Source of the DNA: Amoeboaphelidium protococcarum X5
Taxonomy: Eukaryota; Fungi; Aphelidiomycota
Direction: 5' to 3'
NCBI GenBank assembly: GCA_023515725.1
Contig: JALDTO010000098.1
Location: 646,164-710,163, forward strand
Length of the DNA: 64,000 nucleotides
The notes beneath the pieces are model-generated. The model was not told the DNA's origin, did no database searches, and saw only the letters and a program-made list of their open reading frames with translations. Positions 1-12,943 of the stretch are shown piece after piece; positions within the stretch are counted from its first letter, which is position 1; every line of letters begins with the position of its first letter. A program made the position numbers and the translations under genes.

Positions 1-31
1 AATCTAATCTCAAATCATCTCACTCTTTTGC

Positions 32-417
32 TCACACTGACTTTTGCTTAGCTTCAAGCGACTATTTGTAATCGTATATTCTGTACAATTGATATAGACC
101 AGTGCCGGCTAAAAACAAATTCACAGTCATCAGGCTGTAATTGACAGGTACAATCTGAGTGGAGTATCGAGTCCAAATCAATCCAGTAGCAGCTAGCGCA
201 GATGACTGTGACACGCTCAACTTCTCTGCAGGTCTATTGTAATCAGCGAGTCCAGCAATAACAAGAGCCCATTTCATTGCCTACAATTCTATGTGTGATT
301 AAATTGATGATTAATTAGCCATTTAAAAGAGTTGGTATGAAGACTTACCGGTGCCCAAAAATGGATGTACCTCGGACCAGTCGGGCTATTCATCCATCTA
401 CCTATTGCCGAAGACAT
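32..417 (-). CDS. Mitochondrial pyruvate carrier (MPC2-like), one intron 281-348
   Basis: MSSAIGRWMNSPTGPRYIHFWAP|AMKWALVIAGLADYNRPAEKLSVSQSSALAATGLIWTRYS... matches MPC family motifs. GT...TGTAG intron. Reads through TAG (62-64) to TGA at 32-34. Confidence 0.9.
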
Positions 418-717
418 TTCGCGTATTCTGTTCAATTGGCTGATTAATTAATTTCTCAGGAAGGAATTTCAATAAAATAAGAGATTGACTAGGTATATGG
501 TAGAACTAATCACCAAAGATTCCGAGAAAGAGTTGAAAGCGATCGCTCCTTTCAGCAGTTCTTTCTCTCTGTCACATTTAGTCGACGACTGTTTCAAGAA
601 GTGATTTTTATTGTTTCAACTTCTCAGCTGTTCCTTCGCTTTACTTTTATATTGAACAAATTCACAATCTGCTGCAATAGAGTCATAGTAATTAATTCTA
701 CGTAAACAGTTTGAAGA

Positions 718-1941
718 ATGTCTAGTTTCTTGAGTAAGGTTCTTGATAAAAACAGCAAAAAGGATTTATCTAAATTACCAGCGGAATCATCTTCTCATGG
801 TGCTGGAGATGCTCACTCCTCTCCCTCTCATGGACATGGTAATGATATGAATAGCAAAGATATCGAGATGCGATCCAATCCGTCTATGGTATTGCAGCAA
901 CAAGGAAATCGTAGCGATCGGCCGTAGAAGATTAGATTTTAGCTGAAAGACTTTTCCATATAGAGAACTCTGGGTACAGGCAGTTTTGGTAGAGTCCATT
1001 TGGTGCAACGCAGAACCACTGGCGAGTATCTGGCCATGAAAGTGATGAAGAAAAGCGAAGTGATCCGTCTCAAGTAGCTGGAACATACCATGAATGAGAA
1101 GAAGATTTTGGATCAGATTGAGCATCCGTTCCTCATCAACTTGTTGGGCTCTTTCCAGGATACTTTCAACTTGTACTTCATCATGGAATATGTTGCCGGC
1201 GGTGAATTGTTCAGTCTACTGCGTCGCTCTTAGAGATTTTCTAACAATGTTGCAAAAATTTACGCTGCAGAAGTTGTGCTCGCTTTCGAGTATCTTCACT
1301 CCAAGGATATTGTATATCGTGACTTGAAACCCGAGAATCTGCTCATTGGTCATGACGGCCATTTAAAAATTACTGATTTTGGTTTCGCTAAAGCTTGTCC
1401 AGACGTTACTTGGACACTATGTGGAACTCCAGGTAAGAATGTTGCATTTAAAATGTTATTCATCATCCAACTTATTGATCAGTGTGTAGATTACCTTGCT
1501 CCGGAAATTATTCAGTCAAAAGGATATGGAAAGTCGGTGGATTGGTATGCGCTGGGAGTGCTGATCTTTGAAATGCTGGCCGGCTATCCTCCATTCTTTG
1601 ATGAAGATCATGTGAGATTGTATGAGAAGATTCTAATAGGAAAGGTGAAATATCCATCCCACTTTGATCCGGCAGCGAAAGATTTAGTGAAGCATCTGCT
1701 GACGGCTGATCTGAGTAAGCGTTTCGGCAATTTGAAGAACGGCTCCGAAGACATCAAACGTCACAAGTGGTTTGCCGATATGGACTGGAACAAGTTGCTC
1801 AGAAAGGAAATATCTGCTCCTCATATTCCGCATGTCAAGCACCCGGGTGATGCCAGCAATTTTGATGTCTATGAAGAGGATCCAGAGCCATATGGCAGAG
1901 AAGGTATCGATCCATTTGCTGATAAGTTTGCCACCTTTTGA
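718..1941 (+). CDS. cAMP-dependent protein kinase catalytic subunit (PKA-C), intron 1433-1489
   Basis: [12 protein letters not shown](TAG=Q)[26 protein letters not shown]|DYLAPE, C-terminal [10 protein letters not shown]. Continuous when TAR=Gln. Confidence 0.96.
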
Positions 1942-2153
1942 AATCGGTAAATTACCGGCAATTCAGCACGCTTCGATATTTCCGTAATTTGTCACCGCAA
2001 TAGGCTGATCCGGTGACTTGTTGAAGCTTCAATCAGGCTGAATAATTGAGAATTGTATTAAAAAGAGAAAATTTTAGTGTTTTTAGTTGATCAATTTTAA
2101 TATCTCAGCAAATTTTAATCATTGTACAGTAGGATTCACATCACGGTGCAAAT

Positions 2154-2513
<360 letters not shown>

Positions 2514-2759
2514 TATAGTAGTCGTTATTATTATAAAACCAAGGGATGTGTGTGTGTGATATTATAAATCCTTAATTGTTTAAATCAGAGCGTTGCTGTT
2601 TCAAGAGAAGAAAAAGACTCGACGCGGCGCAAGTCAGCTGAGACGCGCCTTCGTGATTCGTGACTTGGCGTTACACAGGTAAATTGAATCGAACTGATCC
2701 TTTAGATTAACTCAATTTAGAATGCGTAAAGTTAGAGAAGTAATTAGATTCGTTATTCA

Positions 2760-3838
2760 TCAGAGCCTCTATTACTTTAGGTAGCCAGCTATTGTTTCAT
2801 ATGATACAAATGTGAGACATGTACCTGGAAGTACGCGTAGGATATTCACGGACATGCCTTTATAGAATCCGCGTATACCATTCGTATTATTGATGATTTT
2901 TATTATTTCAAGTAAGCGTCTAGACCCATTCTGAGAGTGCTTTGAAGTGTCGGCTTGCAATTTGGATCTAACCACTTGATAAGGATAAGTGATCACAGTT
3001 GCAGCGGTCTTTGAACCTGCTGCCATTGCAACGTAAGCTAAAGAACTCTACACACAGCTCAAAATCAGTTACATATTCACAAATGTCAATATCTAATTTT
3101 ACAATCTCTTGGCTAGGATACAAATCGCGATGAACCTTCTTCAATTCTTCGTAGATGCTGAATTGAACAGCGCCATGACTAACACCGAATATAGACGGCA
3201 CCATTCCTTTATAGAGGCCACGAAGTCCTTCTTACTTGTATACTGTTGAGAGCCCGGCTACATATTAATAATAATTCGCATAAATTATACGCGTATAAGA
3301 TCCAACTGCTTACAAACTAAGCCTCTGTATTGGGGATTGTTGTAGTCTTGTATACATAATCGCGTCTTCATTAACCATATAGGATTGGTCATGAATGCCG
3401 TAACAAGGCCAGCTTCAAACGCAGCGATCATGTGATCAGTGGCACTTAATTGATGTGACACAGTGGAGTCATCAGCCCGCCGCTCATTGTTCCGAATCAT
3501 CTAGTTCTTAAGCATGTTGTACCATAAAAAGTAAAATCCCCATGACAGAGTACTTCCAGCCATGTTTGCACTCAGGCCATAATACAAGCCTTTGGGTCCA
3601 TTCTTTCGGTATAACGTCTTTACCATTTCCAATGAAGTTTAACGATCAAGTCCAACTACAATCATTTGATCAATCACTATAGTCTTTGCATATCATACTA
3701 CCGATCTAAGCTTTATAAAGTACCTTAGAGTCGCGTTTTAATCAAATCCATCGGGTGAAGACACAGCGTGGTGATGACTGCTGCCCCAACACCAGCAATA
3801 GCGTGATCTGTAGAGTTGAATTGTGCAGTTGAAGACAT
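2760..3838 (-). CDS. Mitochondrial carrier, FAD/folate transporter type (FLX1/SLC25A32-like), several short introns
   Basis: Three carrier signature repeats: [10 protein letters not shown](TAA=Q), [21 protein letters not shown]. Also [16 protein letters not shown] and [17 protein letters not shown]. Confidence 0.85.
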
Positions 3839-3882
3839 ACAAAGTTATATAAATTGTTATTATTATTGTTTATCTTTTACTT

Positions 3883-6712
3883 TCACGAATCAAATAGAAT
3901 GGAGCGCATTTTCTTCAAGTTGTCGCGTTGAAATTTGCCATTTACTCCATTCTCCAGTGAATCTTCGTTCAAATCATGTTTCAAATTCGTGTCTGGTACC
4001 AATGATCTTGACTGAGCACATACGAGAGATTATGGCGTACTTATTGCTCTGAAAGACAGCAGAGATACTGGATGACAACTAGAAGAAGTAGAGCTCCTAG
4101 CTATTTCAGATTTAGGTGACTATTTACCAACAAAATATCGCGATTTTTCATCCGCTGGCTTATCGCGCCTCAAAGTACTATAAGCAAGTCCTTCATACGA
4201 TCTCATCGGGGCAGTTGGTGACTCTAATGTGGACTCGCCAAATGACACTGTTGCATCAAGACCGACAAAATTCTCATTTATCACATGGAACTTAATGACT
4301 TGATTGTTCGACGATCCCTGATCCATTTCAAAAGTAAACTCCTTAGTAATTAGCTCAGATATGGATAAACGCTTATGGCACAGAATTCCAGTCTCTGACA
4401 TGATCAAACAGTGGAAATGCACGATTCCTTCTTTGGTTTTCTTTATAGTATCCTGACTATGGTTGATTAATTGTGCATTAAAACGGAGCTTGCTTGCCTG
4501 CTCATCAGATTAGCAGTTGCAGCTCACAAATGGAAGCGTATTAAGATTTTTAAGTAATGCAGTTCCAAATGGAGGATTTCTACCGCAAATTGCTTCAATA
4601 TGACTAGATGACATTTTAGGCAAATCATTCAGAGATTATATACCGCTTGATATGAATTTCGATGCAAGTACATGGCCTACACTGGAAAGCTGTCTCAGAT
4701 GATACTCCAAGTTATTCCATGACATACTTTTGATCATTTGAAGCAGCTATATCGCATTAAGCAACTGTTAACCGCAGTCTTTTAGTTTGTAGTAAGCAAT
4801 TGCACCATTGACGACACGCTTCAGGTTGCGCAAAACTTCAAACGATTGCTGGTCAAGATTGGATCCTATCTTGTAATTTGAATGCTTGAAGTACGTTCCA
4901 CTGAGCTTACTAAGAACCAGAAAGAGAATCTTATTAGATTCGATATCAAAGGTGGGCACAGCATTCTTGAGATCTTCACACAGTTGACAATCCTAATAGA
5001 ATTTGCCAAGAACGGATTTTTCTCCTTGTAAATAGCGCAGATCACCAATTATCGCGATGCGCAATAGCTCAACTAGAAGTTGCAGAGTATCAGAGCAGTG
5101 TAAAGCATCAATCTCTTTGATCATCGCATCAGTCAAACGGTACTTGGCCATTATGTTTCCTTTATGGCTATCAATAAACTTATCATTCATCTTGATGATT
5201 TGCTTCTGCTCCAGCATAGTGTCTAAGATTAAGTCAAATTATTTTTAGATTTCCTCAGGCGACTCGCATTTGCTTGCCTGTAAAAAGTACAAGGAACTCT
5301 ATAACCATTACCAGGCTTAAGCTTGGCTATAGATATTCCCACTTGCTATTTCTGACATTAAGAATACTGGGATCTCTGGCAAGAATCGACTTTAAACAGG
5401 CATCGAACCTTCAGAGAGCAACAAGAATTTCTATCGACTAGCAGCTAAAGTTTAAATCACGACAACTCCAGAACTATCCAGTCCCTATCTTCCGCTTCTG
5501 CCCATCATCTAAATGATCTCTAAATCCGAATACTCTTCCATTTAGGTACCATTGTACTTTGAAGTGCCTTTAATGATTACTAGACGTGCAGGCAAGTTAA
5601 CGCCAACGGCCAATGTGGAAGTCGAGCACAAAATCTTGATTGATCCATCCTTCAACAACTGCTCAATTATTTAGCGGTCCCAAGGGGATAGTCCAGCATG
5701 GTGATACCCAACACCACTTTTGACACAACTGGCCAGTTTCTTATCTTCTAGAGAAGCTACATCACGACAATCACTTTTCCATTTCTCACCAAAAGACTTG
5801 CTCAAATAAGACGCACAAGTAACCGAACTCTTTTACGTCGCATTAAATATCAGAACTGACTTGCCATGTGAGTACTTTTGGAGGATATTGGGCAGTTGAG
5901 AATTCAAAAAGGCATCAAACGCGTAGCTATTGCTTCCACTTTTGTAATTGTAACCGATAACGACTTTCTGCAGCGGAACCGGCCTGTATTGTGGACCAAA
6001 CTTGAGCACTTTAGCATTAATCCATTAGGCAATTTCATCAAGATTGGGAACAGTGGCACTTACGGCAATAATTCTTGGCTACAAACTGCCTAAATGCATT
6101 CTCATCACCAAAGCTTCGACATAAGCACCACGATCTTCATTCAGAATGTGGATTTCATCTAGCAGCAATAAGGACACACTATTGTCAGACTGCTTTTATC
6201 TCGTAAAACTTTCCCACTTTTCAGGTGTGGTGACAATAATTCTGCATTGTTTCAACTCTTCAGTAGCCTCTTGGTCACCTACGAACAAAAAGCATTTCAA
6301 GTCGGCAAACTTGCGCGTCCATGAGTGAAACACTTCCGAGCATAGAGCTTTAGTCGGACCAATATAAACAATACGCGCACCAGATTCAACCTTCACTGCC
6401 TTTAGAAGTGCCAACTCCATCAGTACAGTTTTACCACAACTTGTGGGTGCTACATTCTAATAAATTATAAAAAGGCTTGAATCTAACAGTGTAAAACACG
6501 TACCAGAAATCAGTAAATTGTCGTTGCTGTTATAGATAGATTCAAAGCACAATGTTTGAACTTTGTTAAAGTGAGTAAAGCTGAATCTGGAAGCGTCTTG
6601 CGAACCTACCAGTTTACAATGATTTAGCATGTTAAGAGCACGAATACTTAAGAGACTTACCAAGAACATCAGTTACTCTTAGTAACTTGGTAGTGTCATT
6701 AGATTGTGTCAT
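3883..6712 (-). CDS. MER3: Meiotic Ski2-like DNA helicase MER3/HFM1 with Sec63 domain, two 5' introns
   Basis: [22 protein letters not shown]|[79 protein letters not shown]. Single helicase cassette plus Sec63-like region. 3' end by manual read-through to TGA. Confidence 0.82.
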
Positions 6713-6800
6713 TGTGATAGTATTGATGAATATGGAGTTCAAGTGAAACAATGGAAAGATAAAAAGTGAAACGAAACCCATCTGATACCGTGAACAACTT

Positions 6801-7543
6801 TCAGCCCATCACACTGTTATCACTGTAGTAGATTCCCTCTTCGGCACGCCATAGAGTATCTTTATTTGGCGATTTAACAGCAGAAACTTCAAGCTAACCG
6901 GGTATTGGATTGCCGTACGCATATTACTTGGAAGCGTGCAGATAGCCTTAAGTTTCAACATGAACGAGGCGCACTTGGGCATCACGAAGCCAAGTATTAT
7001 TAGACTTTTACTTCTCAGTGACGCAGACCAGTTTCCATTCATCCCCCAAGTTCTACCCATCGTAACACGACACTTCCTATTAATTACTCAGCGGACTGTT
7101 GTGTAAATGACTGTGAAGATAACATTTGCTACTCAAGTGCTAGAGACGAACGCGATCCCCGCATTGCATTACCTCGCCTCTTTAACAAGTCTGATCCAAC
7201 GCCTTCTTCACTACAAAATATGAATTGGGATCACTTGCCGATGGATACCCCGTTACGCTCTACATACACATCAACAGTATATTAGACTCTTGAAATTTTC
7301 TTTATATAATCCTACCTACTATCCAGAGCCAGATCCGTATTTGACTTCATGAGAATGTAGCTTGTATCCATTTTCAACATTCGTGAGTTTTATGGCACTT
7401 CCACAAGTGACCCTGAGATGATCTACATACTGGTGCATTAGGCATCATATATATCTCAACAGGTGACACATTATTTTACCATCGCTTCGTTCGCAATAAA
7501 CTGCTACAATTACGAGAGCTATATAAACGAGAAAATTTAACAT
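6801..7543 (-). CDS. SDF2: Stromal cell-derived factor 2 (SDF2/SDF2L1), MIR-domain ER protein, two introns
   Basis: Not shown in the ORF track. Signal peptide MLNFLVYIALVIVAVYC, then VTCGSAIKL...LHSHEVKYGSGSG(TAG)(TAG)|SVTG..., LHSHLHNSPLSNQQEVSCY, YGNPIPGQLEVSA, WRAEEGIY. Confidence 0.92.
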
Positions 7544-7700
7544 ATTACAGATGTTAACTTTATTGCGTGAGCTTAAATGAGAATACACAAGAACAATATT
7601 TGGCGCAAAGACCAAGATAATAACAAAGAACATCTAGCAAACAGTGATAGTAGATACAAAATATAAATTCATACAGCAGAACAAAAACAGTAAAAAATTT

Positions 7701-8684
7701 TCATTTATAATCAGACATAACAGATGACACGCTCCCACGCCGACTGTCATTGTTTCTCTTAATTGACCATTGTTACTCAGTGCGAACCATTGTCTTAACT
7801 TTCAATCTGGCATATTCCATGAATTCAAGAGCATACTCCCTCAGCCGAGACCCTTCAGGATTGAACATTACAGCATTCAGGCACATAAGAGTGACATCAC
7901 GGAGATATTCATCAGTGCTCGTAATACTACCATCGCGCAACTTGGTCTTTATCAGTGTCAGATCGAGTGGATGTCGGACAAGGTCGCTGTACTTGTATTT
8001 AGACTTGGAGTTGGTCTTTACCGGATTCTTGAACACCTCACCATGCTTATGATTACATATGTCTTCATGCGCCATAAAAATTAACTTCTTCCACGCCTTG
8101 TAATCTCTGTCTTCCACATTGGACACCACAGACTCAGTATCAAACTACTGTGAAGCACTCATGGCATTCGACTAAGTAGCTTCAGCATTATCAACTTGCA
8201 TTCTATCATTACTAATCGCAGCCTGAGTAGACATATTGACAGGCGGTGACTGCTCTACGTTCTACTATGGTATTTGACTATTGGAAATATCTTCTGCCTT
8301 GGGAGTAGTACTAATTTAATATGGCTTTGGCTCATTAATCTATACAGAGGACATATTTTATCGCGTAATGTCATTCATCATGGACTAAATCTTCAACATT
8401 TATCTATCAATATCCTCAATCTGGCTTCTGACTCGTTTAGCCTCTCTAGTTTAAATCATACGAGCTAACTATTCAATATCAAACTAATCCATAGAACTCA
8501 AATCCTCGCCATTCTAAATGAGAGAGGGCAGTTCTTATTACAACTATCGCCAGAGATCAGCATTAGAGCCACTAGCAAGCGACATGGGATCCAAGTCTCC
8601 ATAATACATTTATTAAAGAAGTACGAGTTTTTAAACAGTTTAACTGCTTTAATAATAAGCACTATGACCACCTAGATTGTCCAT
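7701..8684 (-). CDS. Small protein with C-terminal bromodomain (BRD8-like)
   Basis: TGA-free frame of 328 codons. HKHGEVFKNPV...YSDLVRHPLDLTLIKTKL...DVTLMCLNAVMFN. Start codon uncertain. Confidence 0.75.
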
Positions 8685-8959
8685 CTTTAGCTTGCAGCTT
8701 TGTGCGATGAACCACTTACGGGATTGAAGATTAGCGAGGAAAAGGGAGTCTTTACTGGCACATTCAAAAGTCAATTTTTGTTGCGAATAACTTAGAAAAA
8801 TTACTAAGAAGCGATAAATTAGATTATGGTATTCAATTAATTTATTTTGTTATTCATTGTCATTATTAAACTACTTGGTATACTACTATTCTTACTATCA
8901 TTGACTGCGATTACTAAGTACATTGCTCGCACCATCATCCACACTCAAATGCGATTAAC

Positions 8960-10544
8960 TCAACGATATAGATAATGTAAAATTTTAGGACTCACTTTAG
9001 AGACCATTGCGGGAACTCTGAATAAACCAGTCAGCTCGGATTGAATAGCGTGTACCAACTGCTGTCTCTTGTCAGTGTCTGCACAATCCAACGCGGTAAT
9101 CAGCACATAATTGCCAAAAGTATCTCTCAACAAGTACTACACGGCAGCGATGATACAGTCCACCATGAGACTGCGCACATTAGGAGAGCTTTTACGCAGC
9201 AGCGACTCAACGACATTACTACTAAACTTCTACAGAGAGAGTTGTGAAATGGACCCCTGCAACTTGAGTGCCAACTAGTCATTAAATGCAATGTCTTGAG
9301 TGCAATCGATAGCATACTGCACAACATAATTCCCATAAGGATCAGTAGACAACTAGTAAACATAGTCGTACACTGCAGAGTTGAGTTGATGTAATTGAGC
9401 ACCGCTACTATAATCGTAGCATCTCTTGAAAACACAACAACCATGGCGGTGACACGCAACCTAAATCACATTGTCACATACAGCCTGGTAGATGAACTGC
9501 ACATACCTGAGATCAAAACAATTCAGACACTTTTAAATAACATGATTTCCGTTCACGTCCTTGATAAGAGATAGCAGCCCATACTCAACGTACCTGCACA
9601 GAGTCTAAATAGCTACGGGATCGGCCAGTCTCGTGATGAGCTTCTGAATGGATCTAGTACCATGGACGTTCATTGATATTCCAACAAGGAATGGACACAC
9701 TTGCTGTAGAATGTCCTCGATCTACTCATGGTTAGCCACTTATATAAGCTTTTAACACAAGTAGTTACCGAAAGAATCTACACTTGATACATCATGAATT
9801 ACATCGATGATAACATGAGAAAACGGTTTATACTTACCAGTCATGAGATCAGGGAGATTGGAAATGACCTCTTCGTAGATGGTCAACTTGATGGATTCAT
9901 CGCCACTCTCAAGCAGGGACTGCAAGTATCTGCACCCATACTAATCCTTACTCATTGCATACACCTTGCCTTTCAAGCGATTATCCAACAAGTCCACCTG
10001 AATAGATTTTTGACAATTACCATTAGCAGCAGGTTGACCAATCGTATCCTTCATACATGACTTACTACCAACGATAAGGTGATTGCGACCACGGCTCTTT
10101 GAATGAACATCAGGCAGATATTACTACTACTATTATGTAACTGATGTCAAAGCTGGCGGCAGTAGGTAGGAGGTAAAGTGCTCGGCATTACAAGAGGAAG
10201 CTGTTGAAAATACTGACGTAGGCGATATCAGTAGATCGCTAGAGGCACTAGACCAATTGGATGAGAAGTTGTTGCAATTCGACGATGTCTTGGGCTTTTC
10301 TTTCGCATCAGGCAGCGGATCGGCAAAATACTTGCAGATATTCATCTACACATGTAAAGATTATTAGATACTCAAGATCTGAATGAGAAATTACTTTCGC
10401 TGCATCTCCGACTTCATCTTCAAGCATCAGGCTCTCCAAACTTCTTATCACAGCATTATCGTCATCACCTAGAACATCTCCAGACTCTTGTTACTCCACC
10501 TTGAACTCGCAGCGACGATCATCGGTACTAGATTTATTGAGCAT
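8960..10544 (-). CDS. Pumilio/PUF-repeat RNA-binding protein, with introns
   Basis: Repeats SKDQYGCRYLQ, DSFGNYLCQ, NVHGTRSIQ, DVNGNHVIQ, NHGCCVFQ, DPYGNYVVQ, KFSSNVVE, DTFGNYVL. Low-complexity N-terminus with polyQ. 3' end uncertain (possible terminal intron). Confidence 0.85.
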
Positions 10545-11696
10545 ACTAAGTGAATATCACACTACAATGCAATCAGCGATGATAATATAGAAATTGATAG
10601 ACGATAGGACCAGAGAAGGTCAATCGTGGACTGTGGTGTAAGTATTCGTCATCCATAATAGAGTCAAAGAACGGTAAACGAATCTCTGACTGTTTTGTGG
10701 GCGAAAGGGCGAGCGTGAAATTTCGATCGCGTGTGGCACAGCGAATCAAAGCCGCATTTTACGCGCGCCCATTTCAAGATGTTTCGGATTCAGGTAAGTT
10801 ACGATCAATGTTGTGGATAATGCCATTTTTAGAAAAAAAATTATATTCGAACGCAGAGTGCAAATTAGGATGGATATATACTGCAAACTGTAATTTAAAG
10901 CTTATGCGTATCAGGATATTCATTTTCAGCGGCGGAGAAATTCTCTAGCCACTCCTTATCCTGAAATATACCTCATCAACGTGACAATACTTAATTACCT
11001 GCTTCTGTAGCAAAATGCCCCTTGAAACGTCCCCGTGCTACTTTGAATTTGATGGCCTGCCTGAATTCGTCTCGCAATTTGATTGTGCAGCGACATATCC
11101 TTTAATCTCTAATATTTTATCTTGCAGTCAACGATTATATTGCAGTTTTTACTTGTCAGTCACCATTTTTAGCGAACGCAAGGAGTGGTATCCTTGAGGC
11201 ATACTCAATCCTAGCACTCAAGCACGCATCAGAGAGTTCAAAGCTTTCGCTGATCCGTCCCCTATTTCAAAATAGGCACATTAAGTAGCAAACGCAGCTT
11301 AATGTCAAGCGTGTGAACCTTGAGCGTCGGTCAGAGAGAGTGTGAAGGCTCATGGACTGCAAAATGTCGCTCCCATACATGTGCACAAGAGTCACTTTAT
11401 CAATCATGAGTTGACTTCTGCCCCACATCCAACAATGGCACGTAAATACTCTTAAACCAATCCAAAGACTAATAGCAACGATGACCTGATTCTTCCAACT
11501 TAATATTCAGTAGCCATAATCGTCCTACATATAAATTGCAAGTTACAGAAGAGCGAAGCAACGCGCTAAAAACAATATATGTCCTACCTAGAAATTCGAG
11601 TCACATGCAGAAGAAGCTATATACACGAGACTTGTTAGTGTCAACTACTTAAAAGAATAAATCAATAAACTTATCTCAAAGTCAAATTGGATACTC

Positions 11697-12943
11697 ATGA
11701 ACTCGACGTAACGGAGCTTTGATGTTGCAAGGAGCAGAAACAAAGAGGCGCAGCAAAATTTCTCCTTATTAAAGGGCGACGGTTAGGGTCGGTCGGTGCC
11801 TGAAAATGAGTAAAGTGTGTCCCAATGCCGTGGAACGTAAACAACGCAAAGCCTGCCGACAATGGGCCGAAACATCGACCGGGAGATTATATCTCGTACA
11901 CAGCAATTGGATTAGTTAGATTTAATTTGTTGTGATAAAATTGAAATATTAGAACAAGATATCGCTACGAACAACTCCACTTATCGCGTAATTAGTTATG
12001 AGGGCGGATTTTACAAGGCTTGGATATGTAATGACTAATAAGCTGAGTAGCTGAGAAAGGCAGTCAGGGACTATAGCAAGATCAATTATATAAGTTCTTT
12101 GATGGTGCAACTTTACGCGTTAGCCTATCTGTCTGGTGATACTGGAATAACTAGAAGCAAGTCGTCACCTACGCCGGATCAAAAAATGCTGAGAGATACT
12201 TATCATTTGTTTTGCGTGGGGCATAATCGCAGATCAACTTTGCGTCAATCAGTTGAATTGCACTCACTCTGTACTAAGTTATTCTCAAACGATGCCATGA
12301 ATGAATCCTTGTAAGTCCAATGTAATTCCGAGGTGTTTACGTACCTTTTTTAACCAGCTGCTGATAGATTTGGCGTGGCATGTCAAAATCATATTGTAGA
12401 TAATTTCAGAAAGACATTGAGACGAGTCGTCGTGATTGATTTGAAAGATTTTGGATTGGGTACTGTTTATAAACTGTGCGATCTGGCTAATCTGGTGCTA
12501 AGACGGCTGAATTTGATTTAAAACTTTGGCGATTGCACTAATTTGAGTGATGCTCTTCGTAGTATTTCAAAAAGGGACAAGAATTTAAGCAGGAGCACGT
12601 CTCATTACTAGAATAAGTCAGGCAGGGCTACCTGGAAGAAGTAATCGATATTAAAGAGTAACTGTAACAAGATTTGACTCGTTAATAAGTTACTTATCCA
12701 CTTAATGTCAGATGTTTTAAGTCGAGCTGGTTTGTTTATTTGAGACTGTTCTTCAGATGTATCCGTAAGCTGGCAAGTATGCATTTAAAATATCCTACTC
12801 TACTGCCTCCACCTGCCAAAATAATGCTTATGGCTCATTTCTCATCCTGCGCTCTGAAGTCCATTGTAGGAAATTATACGCTGGACAAGATGTTAAAGCT
12901 ATCAAAACTTACAAAATAGTTTGATGTTGCTTTCTATAGATGA
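11697..12943 (+). pseudogene. Frameshifted, 3'-truncated ORF resembling the N-terminal half of a Fanzor1 (eukaryotic TnpB-family) protein
   Basis: Frame A (TGA-free 11490-12674, ATGs at 11697 and 11862) reads GGFYKAWICNDQQAEQLRKAVRDYSKINYISSLMVQLYALAYL...FTYLFQPAADRFGVACQNHIVDNFRKTLRRVV. After a shift between 12551 and 12674, frame B reads YPLNVRCFKSSWFVYLRLFFRCIRKLASMHLKYPTLLPPPAKIMLMAHFSSCAL to TGA 12941-43. Motif order resembles my recollection of Fanzor1 REC/WED. No RuvC motifs seen. Confidence 0.5.

Noticed and set aside
12565-12580. Programmed -1 frameshift at TCAAAAAGGGA in the Fanzor-like ORF
   Set aside because: No X XXY YYZ heptamer in the correct frame. A simple indel or sequencing error is more likely.
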